Source: Balanoglossus misakiensis (taxonomy: Eukaryota; Animalia; Hemichordata). From it: a stretch of DNA of 64,000 nt. Location: positions 10,105,099 to 10,169,098 of the forward strand of contig CM082581.2 in the NCBI GenBank assembly GCA_040954595.2, in the 5' to 3' direction. Under the pieces are notes generated by a model. It saw nothing but the letters and a program-made list of their open reading frames with translations. It searched no databases and was not told the origin of the DNA. Below are positions 30,342-44,700 of this stretch, in pieces; the first letter of the stretch is position 1, and each line of letters opens with the position of its first letter. The position numbers were made by a program, and so were the translations under genes.

Positions 30342-33300
30342 GTCTGTCTGCCTGTCTCTCTGTGTCTCTGTCTCTCTCTTTGAGACATTCTGACTTGGAA
30401 TTGAAGAGAAACAATTAATGCTGGGATTTCAGAAAAAATACGAAATTTGAGGAACTCATTCAACCATAACATTTATTTGCAGGTTAATATTAAAGTGTGT
30501 TGCATGTGGGTAGAAACTCACCCTACGGGACTTGGCATTATTTGAGTGATAAGTCACAGTTCAGACATATTTAGGCTAATCCGATGATGTCTCTAGCCAA
30601 GATTCAACTTTAGCGAAACATCGTGGAAATATGTGGGTTATGTCTGGATAATACTCTCCTTCAAGCAAGACAGTATTACATGTACTACCTACATATCATC
30701 ACTTCTTAATATCTACTATTGAATAACCTCCAAAAAATTGATGTTTGTTCCCTCTTCACCAGATTTGTCTTTCAGCATACTTTTGAGTGAATAACACGCT
30801 TATCACCTGATGTATGTTTCGCTTGTCTATTACAAGGTTAGACCCTGTGACATGTCCAAAATTGTTCGGAATGCTTTTACCTGGGGTCAGTTTGTCGGGA
30901 AGAGAAGCAGGGACACTCTACTCACCTGTGCCTTAATAAGTGCCTCAAAACATGGCTGGAAATATTCAATGCGATCTTCGAAAAACTTGGGCAGTTCCTC
31001 CATCAATGGCTGATGGACACTTTCGAATTCTTCTTTTGCTGTGTTTAATGACTTCTTACTCTGCAAAGCAGACAAATTGCAATCATTTAATGCCGATTCA
31101 AAGCTGGTTTAAATTGAAAGTGGTTTTGTCTGTTTTGTGAGACACGGTGTACTGACATTTCCTTCCACAGGACATGACTGGAAAAGTTGCAAGTCAAGTC
31201 AAAGTGAAAGGTTGATTCCAGCTACTTTCTCTCTCTCTCAGTGGTTGGAGAACGTATACTATAGTTGCCTTGTGTTTTGTGAAGATTTTGTTGATAAATG
31301 GCTTGCTTCTATAGAACTATTAGCGACAAGTGGAATTACGCTCTATACAAACAATATTAATAAGGATGATCTTTTAATAGCAGAAAATAAAAACACGTAA
31401 TCTGCACACAGCTTGGTTTCATTGTTTTTAGGGGGACCATGAACAGACAGCCTGCAACCAGCTGCCAAAAATTTAAAGGTTAAACTAATAAAGAAGATTG
31501 GGAGAACAAAGCTACAATACAAAGGAACCTGGCTGTGTCTAACACACACACATTACCTGTAAAAACAACCCACAAGTAACATGAGGTTGCCAGACAAAAG
31601 TCAGGCCCACAGATGGCCAATGCAATCATGTGATCCCGTTTATCACAGATCAATTAAACAAAATCACACTTTGGTCCCAGCCCTGGAAAACTTTGCAAGA
31701 GACATCTGACACCTGGCTTGACACGATCAAGATTGTAGCTTTGTTCTGTGGGTTATACTGATGGTATGGTTTTTATATTAATTTAATATGAACAAAATTT
31801 ATTTTGCAGAGATGCTTAACACAAGACATCAAGACATTTCGAACTTTTCCCACCATTTCACCACAATCATTTTTAATTTTAAAATCTTTCAAGAATTGAG
31901 AACAAGTTTGTGTGTGTGTGTGTCTGTGTTTTGTCAGTGGTCATAACCAACCAGGAATATTATGACCTATATCACCACCAGAGTGTGACCTCACGATTCA
32001 CTATTTTTTGTTGACACAAGGCGTCTCCTATTTGTCTACCAGTACATGTGCACAGGGATATTAATACGCATGCAATCAAGCCACAGGGAGATTCACTCAA
32101 TCATATCACCACCAATTTCTATGGATACCTGGATTACAATATTGTCAGCTGGACGCTGGCATTTAATGAGTATTTCTGGTTGCTGGAGAATTCTCCTGAC
32201 CCAAAATTCAACTCTGATGGCTCCATATGAAATATTTGTAAGATATATATATATAAGAAACAGCATTTTTACATTCCCAGTCAATAGGTCACTTTCAAGA
32301 CCCCTTAATGAGCCTTCATATCCTATTGTAGTCTATTGTTCTACACGAACCATGTTCATCTTAAACAAAACAAGCCAAAACTTTTGCATATTGCCAGCAA
32401 AATCTTAAAATAAAAGTAACATAACAGGAGTGGTTCACCTATACTGGTATCCTCACCAAAAATGAATGCTAGAGGGCGTACTTTACATGCCCTGATGAAT
32501 ACTGATACATTTACATGGTTTAATCAGAGTCCTCAGCTAGCTGTTCAGTTTTGTACTTATTTACGTTATTGAGACAGACTTCATACTCAAACACAAAAGC
32601 TAAATGCTGATGAATCGCTGACTAAAGCCATATCAAATATGGAATATGGTCATACACCTATGGATATTTAGTTGCAGTTACCAGAGAATGGAAATTTTGC
32701 CAAACACCGATTTTTTCTTGAATGGCCATGGATAGAAAAAAAACTATTACAAAACAATAAATGAACATCTCTGATCACTAGTCATGGAATCCTATTATCT
32801 CTTTCAGTTGAAATGAACATAAAAAAATAAAGCGTTGATGTGACTGAGCAGATGAATTGATAAGAGCATGTGGGCTATTGTTTATCATCTCCTAGCCAAG
32901 GTCATGGACACTGTTGGCGTATACAGGTTTAATTGACCCAGAAAAATCCAGAATGAGAAATCCACATGAGATTAACAAAAGCTGGAAAACAATGTGGGTG
33001 AGTCCATTTGATGAAGAAGAAAATTAACTTTTGATAACTTTCTTGTTATTTTGTCAATCATTGTTCACATGAGTACCCATCCCATGTGACTAACACTAAG
33101 CAGTGGTTCAGTGGTATGGAACTCAAAGCATTTCAGCTGCAACATACATTGAATCTCCCATCACTACAGTTGCAAAGTTTTAAATCTAAGATCAATTGAT
33201 GCACAGCCCTGTGGCTATACCGATACCGGTGTCATGTCATACACACAAAATTGACAGCCCTGTGATAGACATCCGTTGAACATTCCGAGCAGGAAATCTC

Positions 33301-36300
33301 GGGTTGAGTGGTACTTTGGGAGTATAACACCAACTTATCCAATTAGACTAGCTACACACAATTGGTGAATTTGACGTCATTCTGACAATTATGATTAGAA
33401 AGTGTCGTGACCAGAGCACACCTCTTCACCCTATGCCATCCTCACACCAGAGCACAGACACAGTTTCAGAAAAAAAGTTCAAGGTCCTATATTGTCACAG
33501 TCTATATGCTCACTGCTGTGAGAGAGATTGCTCACCATGAATGAAATAACAAAGCAGCACAAATTTTCATTTCTTCCCAACTGGTCCTCAGAGTCAATAT
33601 TTTCATTGGAGAATATAATTCATGAAATATGTCTCTGGTAATTTTTCCTTTTATTCTAATATCACTTCTGATGTAAATGTGGTTAGATGTAAGTTTTCAG
33701 AATCAGTATTTTCCCCATCTTCTTAAAGTTAAGACCACTGGCAGGACTATTTCACTGGTCCAGGATGGATCTGCTATGTATATTTATGTTCTTGCATGCC
33801 AGCATTTCAGATAAAACTCATCAATGAAATTGCAAACTTTCTTTATTGCCAACACTTTTTCTCTTTGGCAAAGGCGGATATTAAAATGACTAATTATAGA
33901 AAAAGTTATTATCTATTTTGGTTGATGCAAAGAACCGTGCAGTAATACATGCTACAGCAGACAAATGAAGCAAGTTTGGGAAAAATATACCTTATATATA
34001 CCTTATACAACTAAAACAAGGGACATACTACTCAGTCCTGTATAATTAAGAAATGCATGTTTTATTGGTCAACAGAGGAGACGACAATTCTGGATTGACA
34101 TAGTGGAATCCTTCAGTATTCCCACTCAACTATGCGCCCTCCCTTGACATGTAGGATAGTGACACCATTTTCAGTGAACCGGGAAGTAACCCAAGATTAA
34201 TTCAAGAACTCCTACGGTCTGTCGGCAGGTACAACTCCTACAGTTGGCTATATACTTCACCCTAATTTATTGACATGCAGGCGCACACACGCGCACATAA
34301 AGACAGGGCATTTGGCGTGGCAGCAACTGGACCGTGACAAACAGAAAACCCATCCAAATGTCAAACACACTCCGTCTGATCAGACAATACCAGTGACATT
34401 TCAAAACGTGACAATACACATAGAACAAAAACAGATCGTGATGCCCTTTTTTCTGCACTAAGGGACTGTTTTTCTGGATGAGACTGAAAGCCAGTGACAT
34501 TTTTCAAAGCAGCAATTGGTCGAAAGTCACAAAAGAACAAAAAGAGATTATATTTCCCCTCTTGATGGCAGCTTTGTCTAGGGCAAAACTTAAATAACAT
34601 TTCGAAAGGCAGTGATACAATTTCGTAACCCTGGAAGCGTTCAGAGAAAGTTGATCCTCCCACAAAGCTCCTGTATACCTGTCTCTGAATCATCCATGTA
34701 CAATAATCATCTTGGATAATCCCACATATTACTCATGGACACCCACCTCATCCCACAACCAGACTGAGATTTGATTTTATATCAAATCTTTTTTTTTTGC
34801 AACTTCTGATTTCTGAAACAAGTGTCAGATATGTCAAAAAAAAGTCCAATTTGGACAAAGGCAAATCAGAGAGTGCCCCCAAGAGTTTCATGATAAATGA
34901 AAGGACCATAGTCTGTACTTTTGTTTTGTGTGCATCAACTATATTTTCTTCTCCCTTTATGCTGTATCCCAATTCACCAAGTTTTCTGTTTGTGTACCGA
35001 TCATTGTTATTATTGCACCATGAACTGACAAGGCAAGGCACCAGACAACAGCCACTGTCGAGATGGTACATGTACTTTAAACAGACACAAGATATACAGT
35101 CAGTTGAGGTGACCTCATGTTGATTATTAAATTTCAAAGAGTTACAATGCAGGTTTGATTAACTTCCCAATATAGAAACAATATTCCAGTATTTAAATTT
35201 AACATCATTGAAAGGGAAATAGTACATATTACTGGTAGATAGAAAGCTTCAAATAGCATCTGCCAGGTGAATGATTTTCAATTTTTATCTTTTTTTCTCC
35301 AGTTTTGACAAAGTAATTACAGGACATGCACTGTGGTCACGACTCGTATGACAGTACCAATCTACTATTTACATGTTATTTTCTGAAAACTTTCTTCTTT
35401 TTTATAATGTTCTACAACTTTCACCCTTGACATGTGATTTTTTTTATGATAAAAGTACGTCTGGTATGTCACACACCACAGCAGTGGGCGAGCTGTGTTT
35501 CTGAGTGGGTGAGGTACTAATTTTTCAAGTGAAAGATATGATCACTGTGTCGTTTTTCTGGTTATTTTTGGCAGTATTGCTCCATTCAATGTAGCATGCT
35601 GAAATGAGTGTAGTCAACACACACTTGTCATTGAATGCATGCAAGTGGTAAGAAATGAGACATGATCTTACCACACTAAAAGCTTTGATTTTTTTTCCTT
35701 CCTTTTCCTTCATTTTTGTAATGTGTCGCTATTTATCTGTTTTTCTGTTTGACTTCCTACGCATGACAAAAACACGACACGTGTACATGTGGCAGCTATT
35801 TGGGAATTATGCTTGGTCTCACACCACGGCCGGTACACCAAGCCAATGTGACAACACAATAGAGAGTTACAAATGGTCTCCAGTCAACTTTGACTAAACC
35901 GATACGTTGTACAAATGAGCCACTGCTGATGGCATTGTCCTTAATAACAATCTCTAGCATGTAATGATAAATCTTTGGCAATGAATGCCACATACCCAGT
36001 GTTTTCTCTTTCACTCACAATGACAGAAACCAATTTAGCCATGGGTGACATGAAAAATGACAACAGATGCAAACAACAATTCACTGGAGTTAATATTGGT
36101 ATGGTGGCCAGAGATTCTGATTACCCCCCCCCCCCCCCAATACTCTTCCAACCTGTCACTTACTGTTTCTAATTTCACAATGTTTTGCCCCGTTTTCTCC
36201 CGGTCTTGATACTTCTCAACTTTGGCCTGGCATTTCTTGTACTCTTGTAGTACCTGTTCTCTCTTCTTGACCGCTGTGTAGATATTCGGAAATATTGTCG

Positions 36301-39300
36301 AAAACTTCTTCATGGGTTCTATCATCGTCTTGTGAGCATTCGAATTCTAGAATGGATAAACATGGAGTTGATTAATAAATATTCACCTTTGACTTTTGTC
36401 CTTCACAATGAAAACACATGGTAAAATATCAGACATTGTCTCTGTTATTTCAGAATACATGTCTCTTAATACTACAACAGTCTATCATTTTCATGACATT
36501 TTTACTTTTATTTGTCAAAAGAGTCATTCCTATCGGGGCTTGCAATGTCTTACTCTGACATGACGTCAAGATTCTTACGTTACAGCGGAGGCTAATTGCT
36601 GCAAGACAACAAATGGGGGAGGAAACTCAGTGTTGTTCTCATCGTGTTGCCATGGTAATAACCAAACATACTTTAGAGAAAAAATGGGGTCATTACTGTG
36701 GATGTAACTGCTTTTTGCTGCCACAGACTTCATTAAAAGTCAAGGCGTCATGCGGAAGAACATAACGTCATCATTTCTGACGCAACTGGCAAACAATGAG
36801 TGTTTCTGTCACGACACTTTTTTACAAGACATCTCCCACAGGAATATTTATGCAACAATAAAGATTACAACTTAACCACTAGTGACACCCATTAAATGTA
36901 CTGGAAAAAACTAAATCCAGAGATTGTACAACATTTCATATTTATCTAACCAGGGGCGGCTGACCAAAATAATGAAACAGTGGACCAGAGTGTGATGATA
37001 GAAACATTAGTTGCTTTTTTACATTCATTCAGAAACTTTGTTTTTAGCATACATAGTTTCCTCACTAATATTTTAACAGTGATTTTCATACTCTTAGCAA
37101 AAAGTAAATAACAATAATGTGAAGAAAAGACACAGAATGCTTGTGGCAAGTTGTCAGAGTGGCAATATGAACTAACTAACCAATTCAGCTGTGAGGGTCT
37201 CTAGTTTATAAACCCCATCGTTGAGTTCCTCCAATGGTTTCAGTTCCTCCTCGCTCTGACACACTGGACTAGCAGCAAGGTCCTGCGTTATCTTGCTCTG
37301 TGCTCTGGACAGCGCTTGCATCGACTCGGTACACTTCTTCATGTCTTTGTATACTTTCTTTGTGGCTTCATCCAAACTGAGAGTGAGAAATTTAAAGATG
37401 AAATGAGGGTGACGACTACTAGCCAGCATTTGCAGAACAACACAACAGTAGATGTGTCAGACATCTGACGAGTTATTGCGCAAAGGTTTCTTATACGATG
37501 TAAAGTCCCAAACAACTGACATTGTGTACTTCATTCTGCCAGGATAGAGAACATGGGCCTTTGACAACCCAGAAAATTCATTTCTATATTTGATAATATA
37601 GTACACAATGGAGAATTAAGAGTACGGGTATGATTTTGTATGATTTCAGTCACACACTACCCGTATCAATCATCTTGCTTGCATGAAAGACATAGTCAAC
37701 CTTTATGTCTACTTACACTTCAATCTTGTGCACCTCCCTTTCAAAATCTCGTTCCTCCTAAAAAGACACACAGAATATGATTTAGTTTGTGAATAAGCCA
37801 AAAATGTGTTCCTCCTTAAAGTTTCCATGATATGTATCATACATAATGCAAAACTTGATTATTTTTTTGCCCATACTACATCGATATCACCATCACCATC
37901 ATGCACACACCTGATGTGTGGACACAATACATGTACTCTGCTTTTCCATTCAACAAAACCTTTTATTTTAGTGCAAAGGACATGTGTCAGTCTATGTGCT
38001 TACAGTACTCAAAAATTGTTTACCTTCAAAATGTCAAATCTAAAATAAAATCACGCAATTATGCTAGGTCTATTTGCCAAGCAAAAGTTGCTCTCCTATT
38101 TATAACAGATCTGACCAATCTACAATGCACATGTGCAGTCTGTCAATCGCGACAATATGCCATGTGCACGTGATAGATTTATAGAAAAGGGGACAGCCAA
38201 ATTGCCGCGAGGCCATGGCTTGACTTGTGTGATTATGAATTGTAACACAAAAACAGACATATATTCTTTAATTCCTTGGTGTAAAATACTTTCTTTGTTA
38301 CATGAGTGGGGGTCTCAAAATCGTGAACTTGCTATTATAACTTCCTGTACTCGCGTTTTTGAAGAAACAAAAATTACACATCCAATCAAGCCCCCATATC
38401 TGTGAGCTCACTATGCCCCCTGGACATCCTGTCATTAGGTTGAGGTTGACTGGGCTGGTTTCTTTCATACAGACATTCAAATTGTAGCAAAAATCTGTGA
38501 AACAGACTCCGGTCTTACAAGTATCACCCATCGAATTCTACTTTTAATGAATAGGGTTAGTGAGGTTTATATATTTTTAATCGGAAAGATTGCTCGTCGA
38601 AAGTTACTAAAAGACTACCAAGACATACATTTGGCTTACACAGAGATTCATGCTACTACAATACACTGTTTCTATTCACATATCATATACATGTCTATAA
38701 TCTCAGAACCTTCATGTATCAACTGAGCCTTCTTTTTTTCATACGGTATGATTTTCATTTCATGCAAGAGTTAAAGCATAGACATTGGAGCTTCGAGGTC
38801 TATAGTTAAACTTAAAGTTAAATTTATCACAAAGACAATGCTGTTTTTCAGTCGACTTTTTAACTTTTTAATACTCAATATCAGTCAGAAGCCATAATAC
38901 CATCAGACTACTCTCCTCTCAGTTGTGATGCAAATGTCCATAAAAACGTGCCACACTGAACTAAAACACGTCATCAGGACATATCTAGCTATGATGAATC
39001 AAAGAAGAAGACTTGTAAGTGACATCCTTCTTCTCCATCTAGAATTATTTATCCAGTTATCGGCCGGGTTTCAACAGGTCAGTACACACTCCCTCGTCAG
39101 TGGCAACCTTGATTTCAATGCCAAAAAACATGCCAATGCATAGCTTGGTGAATTACAAACGTGACCAGTCTCAAAGCATACCTGCTTCATAACTTGGCAA
39201 ACTGAATGCACGACATCTCATACTTAGCACTTCTGAACGATAGGATAACAACGGATCTCAATAATTTTGAATAACGTGTCAATAATTTTGGATAATGTGA

Positions 39301-39956
39301 TACTGTTTTTCCTTTTGTTACATTTCTCATTGCTTTCCTCTGCTGGAAAGAGCTCCATGAGGCCCCTCCCAAAATGCACTGGGATTTATTATTTTATGTT
39401 TCATATTCATAACATCTATTATGTAACACTGACCCCTTACATACATACACATTTTTGGGGTCCAGTACATTTCTTAGTCAACTGCACATGGCTATGGTGA
39501 TAAACCAAACTTGTTGGAAACCACAATTTGGAATGTCAACAAAATCTCGCACCAGAGTTTCGTGTGGACTGTATTCCATCTTAAAATCACCAGCCCACAC
39601 GATTTCAGATCTGGTTCAGTGGGCGTTTAACTGTGTGGTTCATATTCACAATGAGGCAATAATGCACTGTGGCTTGTTTAAAATGCTATACTGGAATTTA
39701 CTTATGTTTATTCACATAATATTGTGTGAATTGTTTCAATTTTACTGGAGGGGGGGGGGGGGGGGGGGGTCCTTGGGTATTCCACTACAGCGTACTCACC
39801 GTTCTGTTGATAACATTCTTCCTCGGTGCCGATATCAGTCTGTTGAAGGGGTTCCTGTGGGAGAAATTCCACAATTTTGGACAGTTGTCAGTGAAATGAT
39901 ATCACGTATTCATAAAAGGCAAAATTTAACACAAAGTTATAGTCTTACCAGCTCAT
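26744..39956 (-). CDS. BIN3: Bridging integrator 3 (N-BAR domain protein, ~257 aa)
   Basis: Exons (minus): 39956-39949 (8 nt, ATGAGCTG), 39854-39800, 37757-37717, 37376-37181, 36346-36164, 31060-30926, 26899-26744 (774 nt). MSWNPFNRL...EERDFERE...KDMKK...IEPMKKFSTIFP...AVKKREQ...RIEYFQPCFEALIKAQ...IRALSIVVDD* matches recalled human BIN3 (MSWIPFK...ERDFERE...YFQPSFESLIRAQ...LRALSIVADD). Confidence 0.96.
30240..30380. repeat. Compound (CT)n/(CTGT)n microsatellite in BIN3 intron 6
   Basis: Long pyrimidine dinucleotide/tetranucleotide tract read directly. Confidence 0.9.
39750..39769. repeat. G20 homopolymer in BIN3 intron 2
   Basis: Run of 20 G on the + strand. Confidence 0.9.
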
Positions 39957-40269
39957 TTTCCAGGTTTATTAGACGTTCTTGCTTTTTACGTTGACGACTG
40001 CTTCATATGTTGACAGAAATGATAGGTCATGTAGCCACGCCCCCAAAGGTCAGCGTAGCCTCTTTTGCAGCATTTGTGATATGTCGTTCATAGTGTGTAT
40101 ACTGTTGTAAATATCAACAGATAAAAGAGTATAATTTTATTTAAAATGGCAAATTTACCCTTTTTTAACAGAAAAATATTACTTTTCTGTTAAATACTTT
40201 ACAGTGCGTATCATTTTTCAAGACGAAGCCTGGAACAAGTTTAACCATGATGCATCAGTCATAATAAAA
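39957..40269. promoter_or_regulatory. Bidirectional promoter BIN3/ADO
   Basis: 313 bp between divergent ATGs; Sp/KLF GC-box GCCACGCCCCC at ~40034-40044. Confidence 0.75.
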
Positions 40270-40995
40270 ATGGCTTCTGTCATACACAAAGTTGCCGGTC
40301 AGGCACGTCAAACTTTCCGGTTGTCATCCTTAGATCCGACATTTAAAGAAAATCTGAAGCTACTGGTGTCTATGGTTGAAAAGGTAAAAGCATCTGACTT
40401 GAACTTAAAACCGAGAAACACGGGGAAAACCGCTCCTTTCAAGCCCACCAACGGTACCGCGCCGGTAACGTATATGCATATTTGGGAGGACGAGTACTTT
40501 ACAATGGGGATATTCCTCCTGAAACACGGATGTCGAATACCGCTACACGATCACCCGGGAATGTTTGGAATCCTCAAGGTTCTTTACGGGAAAGTTCATC
40601 TGAAGTGCTTTGACAGAGTGGACGGCAGTACCGTAGATCCGCCGGAAGACATCGGTAATTTGTTTGGAAGTAAGCAGACCCTTACGCCGGGTAGGTTTTC
40701 GACCGAGGAGTTGCTCGATACCGAATCTGGCATGCTGCAACTTGGGCAGTTGAAGAACAACTATCATGATATCGCAGCCGTGGACGGACCAGCAGCTTTC
40801 TTGGACATTTTAGCTCCCCCTTACGACCCAAACGGCGGGAGGGATTGCACGTATTACCGTGAACTCGAGGTCTCCCCAAATCAAGGTCACGCAGCTGATT
40901 CAAAGGACACTGTGAGCTGGTTGGCAGCTATTCCGCAACCGAGAGATTTCTGGTGTGATTATGAAGAATATCCGGGCCCAGGGGTTATGTTATAA
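40270..40995 (+). CDS. ADO: 2-aminoethanethiol (cysteamine) dioxygenase, intronless (~241 aa)
   Basis: Single ORF starting at AAAATGG. MASVIHKVAGQARQTF; APVTYMHIWE; cupin motif IPLHDHPGMFGILKVLYG; NYHDIAAVDGPAAFLDILAPPY; RDCTYY; FWCDYEEYPGP - PCO/ADO family signatures. Confidence 0.96.
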   Translation: MASVIHKVAGQARQTFRLSSLDPTFKENLKLLVSMVEKVKASDLNLKPRNTGKTAPFKPTNGTAPVTYMHIWEDEYFTMGIFLLKHGCRIPLHDHPGMFGILKVLYGKVHLKCFDRVDGSTVDPPEDIGNLFGSKQTLTPGRFSTEELLDTESGMLQLGQLKNNYHDIAAVDGPAAFLDILAPPYDPNGGRDCTYYRELEVSPNQGHAADSKDTVSWLAAIPQPRDFWCDYEEYPGPGVML

Positions 40996-41775
40996 TATTT
41001 TTTGAAAGCTAAAAGAGTAACTTTGGTGCGCTTCCGATTCATATACTGTTACCAGTAAGCAGAAATACCCCGCCTTTAACACGAATCGAAAGACATTGAA
41101 ATCTGTGACACTGGCCGACTTTAGTGAGGGACTTCTCCACAAACGGCAATCACGATGCATTTGTTGTACTATAAAATATTGAATGTACATCATGTATTGG
41201 TATCGTGTTTTTTTTACATGCAAAAAGTAAATTTGTAAGAATACAAGCTTGAAAGGAGCACCACATTCAGGGTGTTAATGTTGAACAATTTTAATGCCGA
41301 CTAGTGACCTACATAACGACAGTGTCAAACTGCACGTATACACCCGTTACTTTGCTGACTCATTGATTATAAAGTGTCGTCTCGTAGCCTTGCGGGCCTC
41401 GGTTAATCGGTAACTTTTATATATTCAGTACAAGCGCCCACCTTACAAATGATAATAAATACAGAGCTGAGAAGATAGTACATGTACTGAAATTGTATTC
41501 TCTTGAATTTGATATTGGGTTTTATATCTGATGGTGTACCAAAGTCTTATTTCAGGCAGAAGGATTAGATTAGCAAAATTAGTCCAAGTGCTCGTGTACA
41601 ACCTCTCCTGATGTAGATCTGAAATCAACTAGATCTGTTTATTCCTGAGGGATTTCCGTATCAGTAAAACATGAAGCCTGTCATGATGTCTCATTTATTT
41701 CTTCTATTTTTATAAACCCATAAAACTTTTAAAGAAGACTCGTGACAAAGTTGTTATTGTCATAAACAAAGCTGC

Positions 41776-44700
41776 CCATATTAGGGATATATATAGCTGT
41801 TTATCCAGTGAATAATTAGGAAAACATCAATTGTAATGATTATTGACGAGCAGTCGGCATCCTGTTTGTCTTTTCACTGCGTCTCACCCTTTTGCAAGAT
41901 CACAGGAGAGAACTTTTTGTATCCAGTCACATTGGGTTCACATTATTTCTAGGGTATCATTCAAATGGGTAAGATTTTATAAAAGTACATTAAAAACAAA
42001 TCACATTGTAGTATGCAATTCCTGTAATTCAGAGGAAGGCAGTGTATGCAGAATGCCTTAAAAGTCATACAGTGCCTGAAGTTGACTTCCATGAATACAG
42101 CTACTGATGCCTACCTTTTTTTACATCATGCTAATCAATATCCTGCAGATTTGGAATATCTTGCTTATGTTGTGAAGTGTAATTTCCTTTCCATATCACA
42201 TCACTCCATTTCAATCTCCCCTCCCCCCCCCCCCAAGTTTGGTTCAGCCCGTTGTTTTCTATTGCATGGGTGGTCCATAGTAAGGGAGTCAGGGGTGGGA
42301 GGGAATCCTTTCATTTACATCATGCAACATTGTAGACTAATTAATGTTATTTATTTAACTTTTGACATTTTATCATTGCATTGACAAATTGTCAATGCAG
42401 GTCCAACTTTTGTTTCAAATCAGGGATTGCACTTTAAACTTTTGATTCTATATTGGTAATGTTTGTAGAGATAGCAATTAGGTGTGGCAGGGTTGTAGAT
42501 TACACAGTGAATATTTGTATGTTACAAAGTGCCTGCCTGATATTTTTCTCAGAAATCTCCAAAATGGTATCATTTTACCAATATGCTGGTATCTTGACAC
42601 GAATAGATGGCAGGTTTCATCTTGCATTTGCAGCTGCAGTGCTTATTGAAACTTTGTACAAAAGTTCTAAAAGGTATACAGAAACCTATGCAAATTTTGT
42701 CACAGTTAACATGGAAAATTGGGATCTAGCCAATCACATATTTTCACTTTACAAGACCTAGACATGCCCTTTAACCATATATGGGCATATGTAAATTAGA
42801 GGCGATTGCATTGCTACATCATTAAGACTTGTAGTTGAAGCTGTATTAAAAATGTTGTACATGTAGGATTGTCAATATACAAATATCCAAGTCAAGGGAA
42901 AAACATTTTGTTGTATTGTTTTGCTTTAATTGCTATTCTTCTTGCGCTGCCAAGCTGTCATTTTTGAAGTTGCATTTGCTGAAATTTCATTTTGTGTCCT
43001 GTATTTACAATCAGGGACTACATGCAGTAAATAAATTAATGTATTGTGAAAATGAACAAAGCTGTGTGATTGAATGTATCTCTTGTGTGGGTTAAATGAT
43101 TCTTGAAGATGACAGACAACTTAGTGTTTATCAAATTACTCATCTTGGTAGAACCTTCGGGATATTTGGATCATTGGACACAGAACACCCACTGTTCACA
43201 GTTTCTCCACTAATCGTTTTCTTCAAACTGAATTTTGTTGTCTCCTAAGCACTTTCTTTCAATAAAAACCGGACGTGTTACCGTGAAAACCAGTTTCAAT
43301 TTTAACGTCACTGGTCCCCGGTTTCCGATCCTACTTTGATATTCATATATCACTAAATAATGGTGTGCACCAATCCTTTGCTCTAGATACAAGAATGTAT
43401 AAACTTAACTTCATATTTCACGTTTGTTCACTACATATAAACAGTCGACGTTTACGAGACTTGGAGTAGAAATGTTGCGAACGCACCAAAAAGAAACGTA
43501 CGTACGTGCATGCATGCCGCCAGCGCCAGGCCCATCCGGGTATCTTGGGTAAATATTCACGTAAGCGAGAACCGTCACGTGAATGACCTTATGGGATGAC
43601 CCGGAAAGCCAGAGGAAGTGAGTAGTTTTAAATACCGGGAAACATGGGAAAAGTACAAGGAACATGAATGCTCGGGTGTATGAATATGCAAACCGCATGA
43701 CCGAAGAACTTCCTGCCATTCTGTTAGTTTTTAGCCTTGCGGTTTCGTATGTGGTATAGTTGCCCGAGATTTAATCCACAATAGTCCAATACGACATGTA
43801 CCAGTACTGTCTCTGCTTGACAGCCAATAGGGCCTATACATGTCCTTTTGTATTGTACATGTACACAAATTGTATAAAGCACAGACAAATAAAGCATGAA
43901 GCAACAGTTTTTTTATACCATGACTGCTGTCAAATGGTGACCAGTCTCGTTTTGCCATGGAAGAGTAAAATATAAATACAAACATTCGTGGTCTTGCCTT
44001 GCCTTGTATACATGTATCATATTGTATTGTTTTGTATTGTGTTTTTATACAAAACAAGTAGAAAATTGCGGCTGAAGTAGACAAATCTTACTGACTTGTC
44101 ATGTCGGATAAAGCCCTTATAAATAGATAACCTCTTGCCATATGTATGAGTAATCGTCCGACAATGCCCGACAACAACCGAAAGAAACTTGTCCTTGCAT
44201 TGTCTTGTCATACCATCGGTATTTCGTTCACGACGCTGTTGCGGAAACGTACGCCTTCCGGTCCGGTTTTGCTGCTTCCGGTCAGACACCGCGTTCGCGT
44301 ACGGTATAACTGAATAAATCTGAGCCGAATATGTGTAACATTACAATCATCTGCTGAGGAAAAGTTCATGGGGCCGGGGCTATCCAACCTTTGTCGATCC
44401 CGATGAAAAATCACCGCCCTTCCAAATCTGTCACGCGACTTCGAGGTGCATTCCCAATATGACAGTTGACAGGCTAACAGGTGGTAGATATGTGACGGGT
44501 TTACTTACTTAGGTCACGGCCGGACATACCAAAAATACATGTAACAAACATCAAAACGATGTAGACCCAACCCTAAGATAATTCGAGGCATCTTTATCGT
44601 CGTATTACAACGAACAGAAATGTAATAAGAGGCATATACGAATGGGCCACTTTGACCATCGCAGATTTAAAGTCAAATCAATGAGTTCTTCGTTAGATTT

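Noticed and set aside
30131-30472. R/E/Q-rich 113-aa ORF
   Set aside because: Translation of the (GA)n microsatellite in a BIN3 intron.
30690-30806. Possible alternative terminal exon of BIN3
   Set aside because: Weak acceptor, and it would truncate the last BAR helix with a non-conserved peptide; the exon at 26899 gives the canonical end.
39455-39994. 179-aa plus-strand ORF upstream of ADO
   Set aside because: Antisense to BIN3 exons 1-2, runs through a poly-G tract, no homology.
40204-40269. N-terminal extension of the ADO ORF from a GTG start
   Set aside because: Eukaryotic gene; the ATG at 40270 has good Kozak context and matches the family N-terminus.
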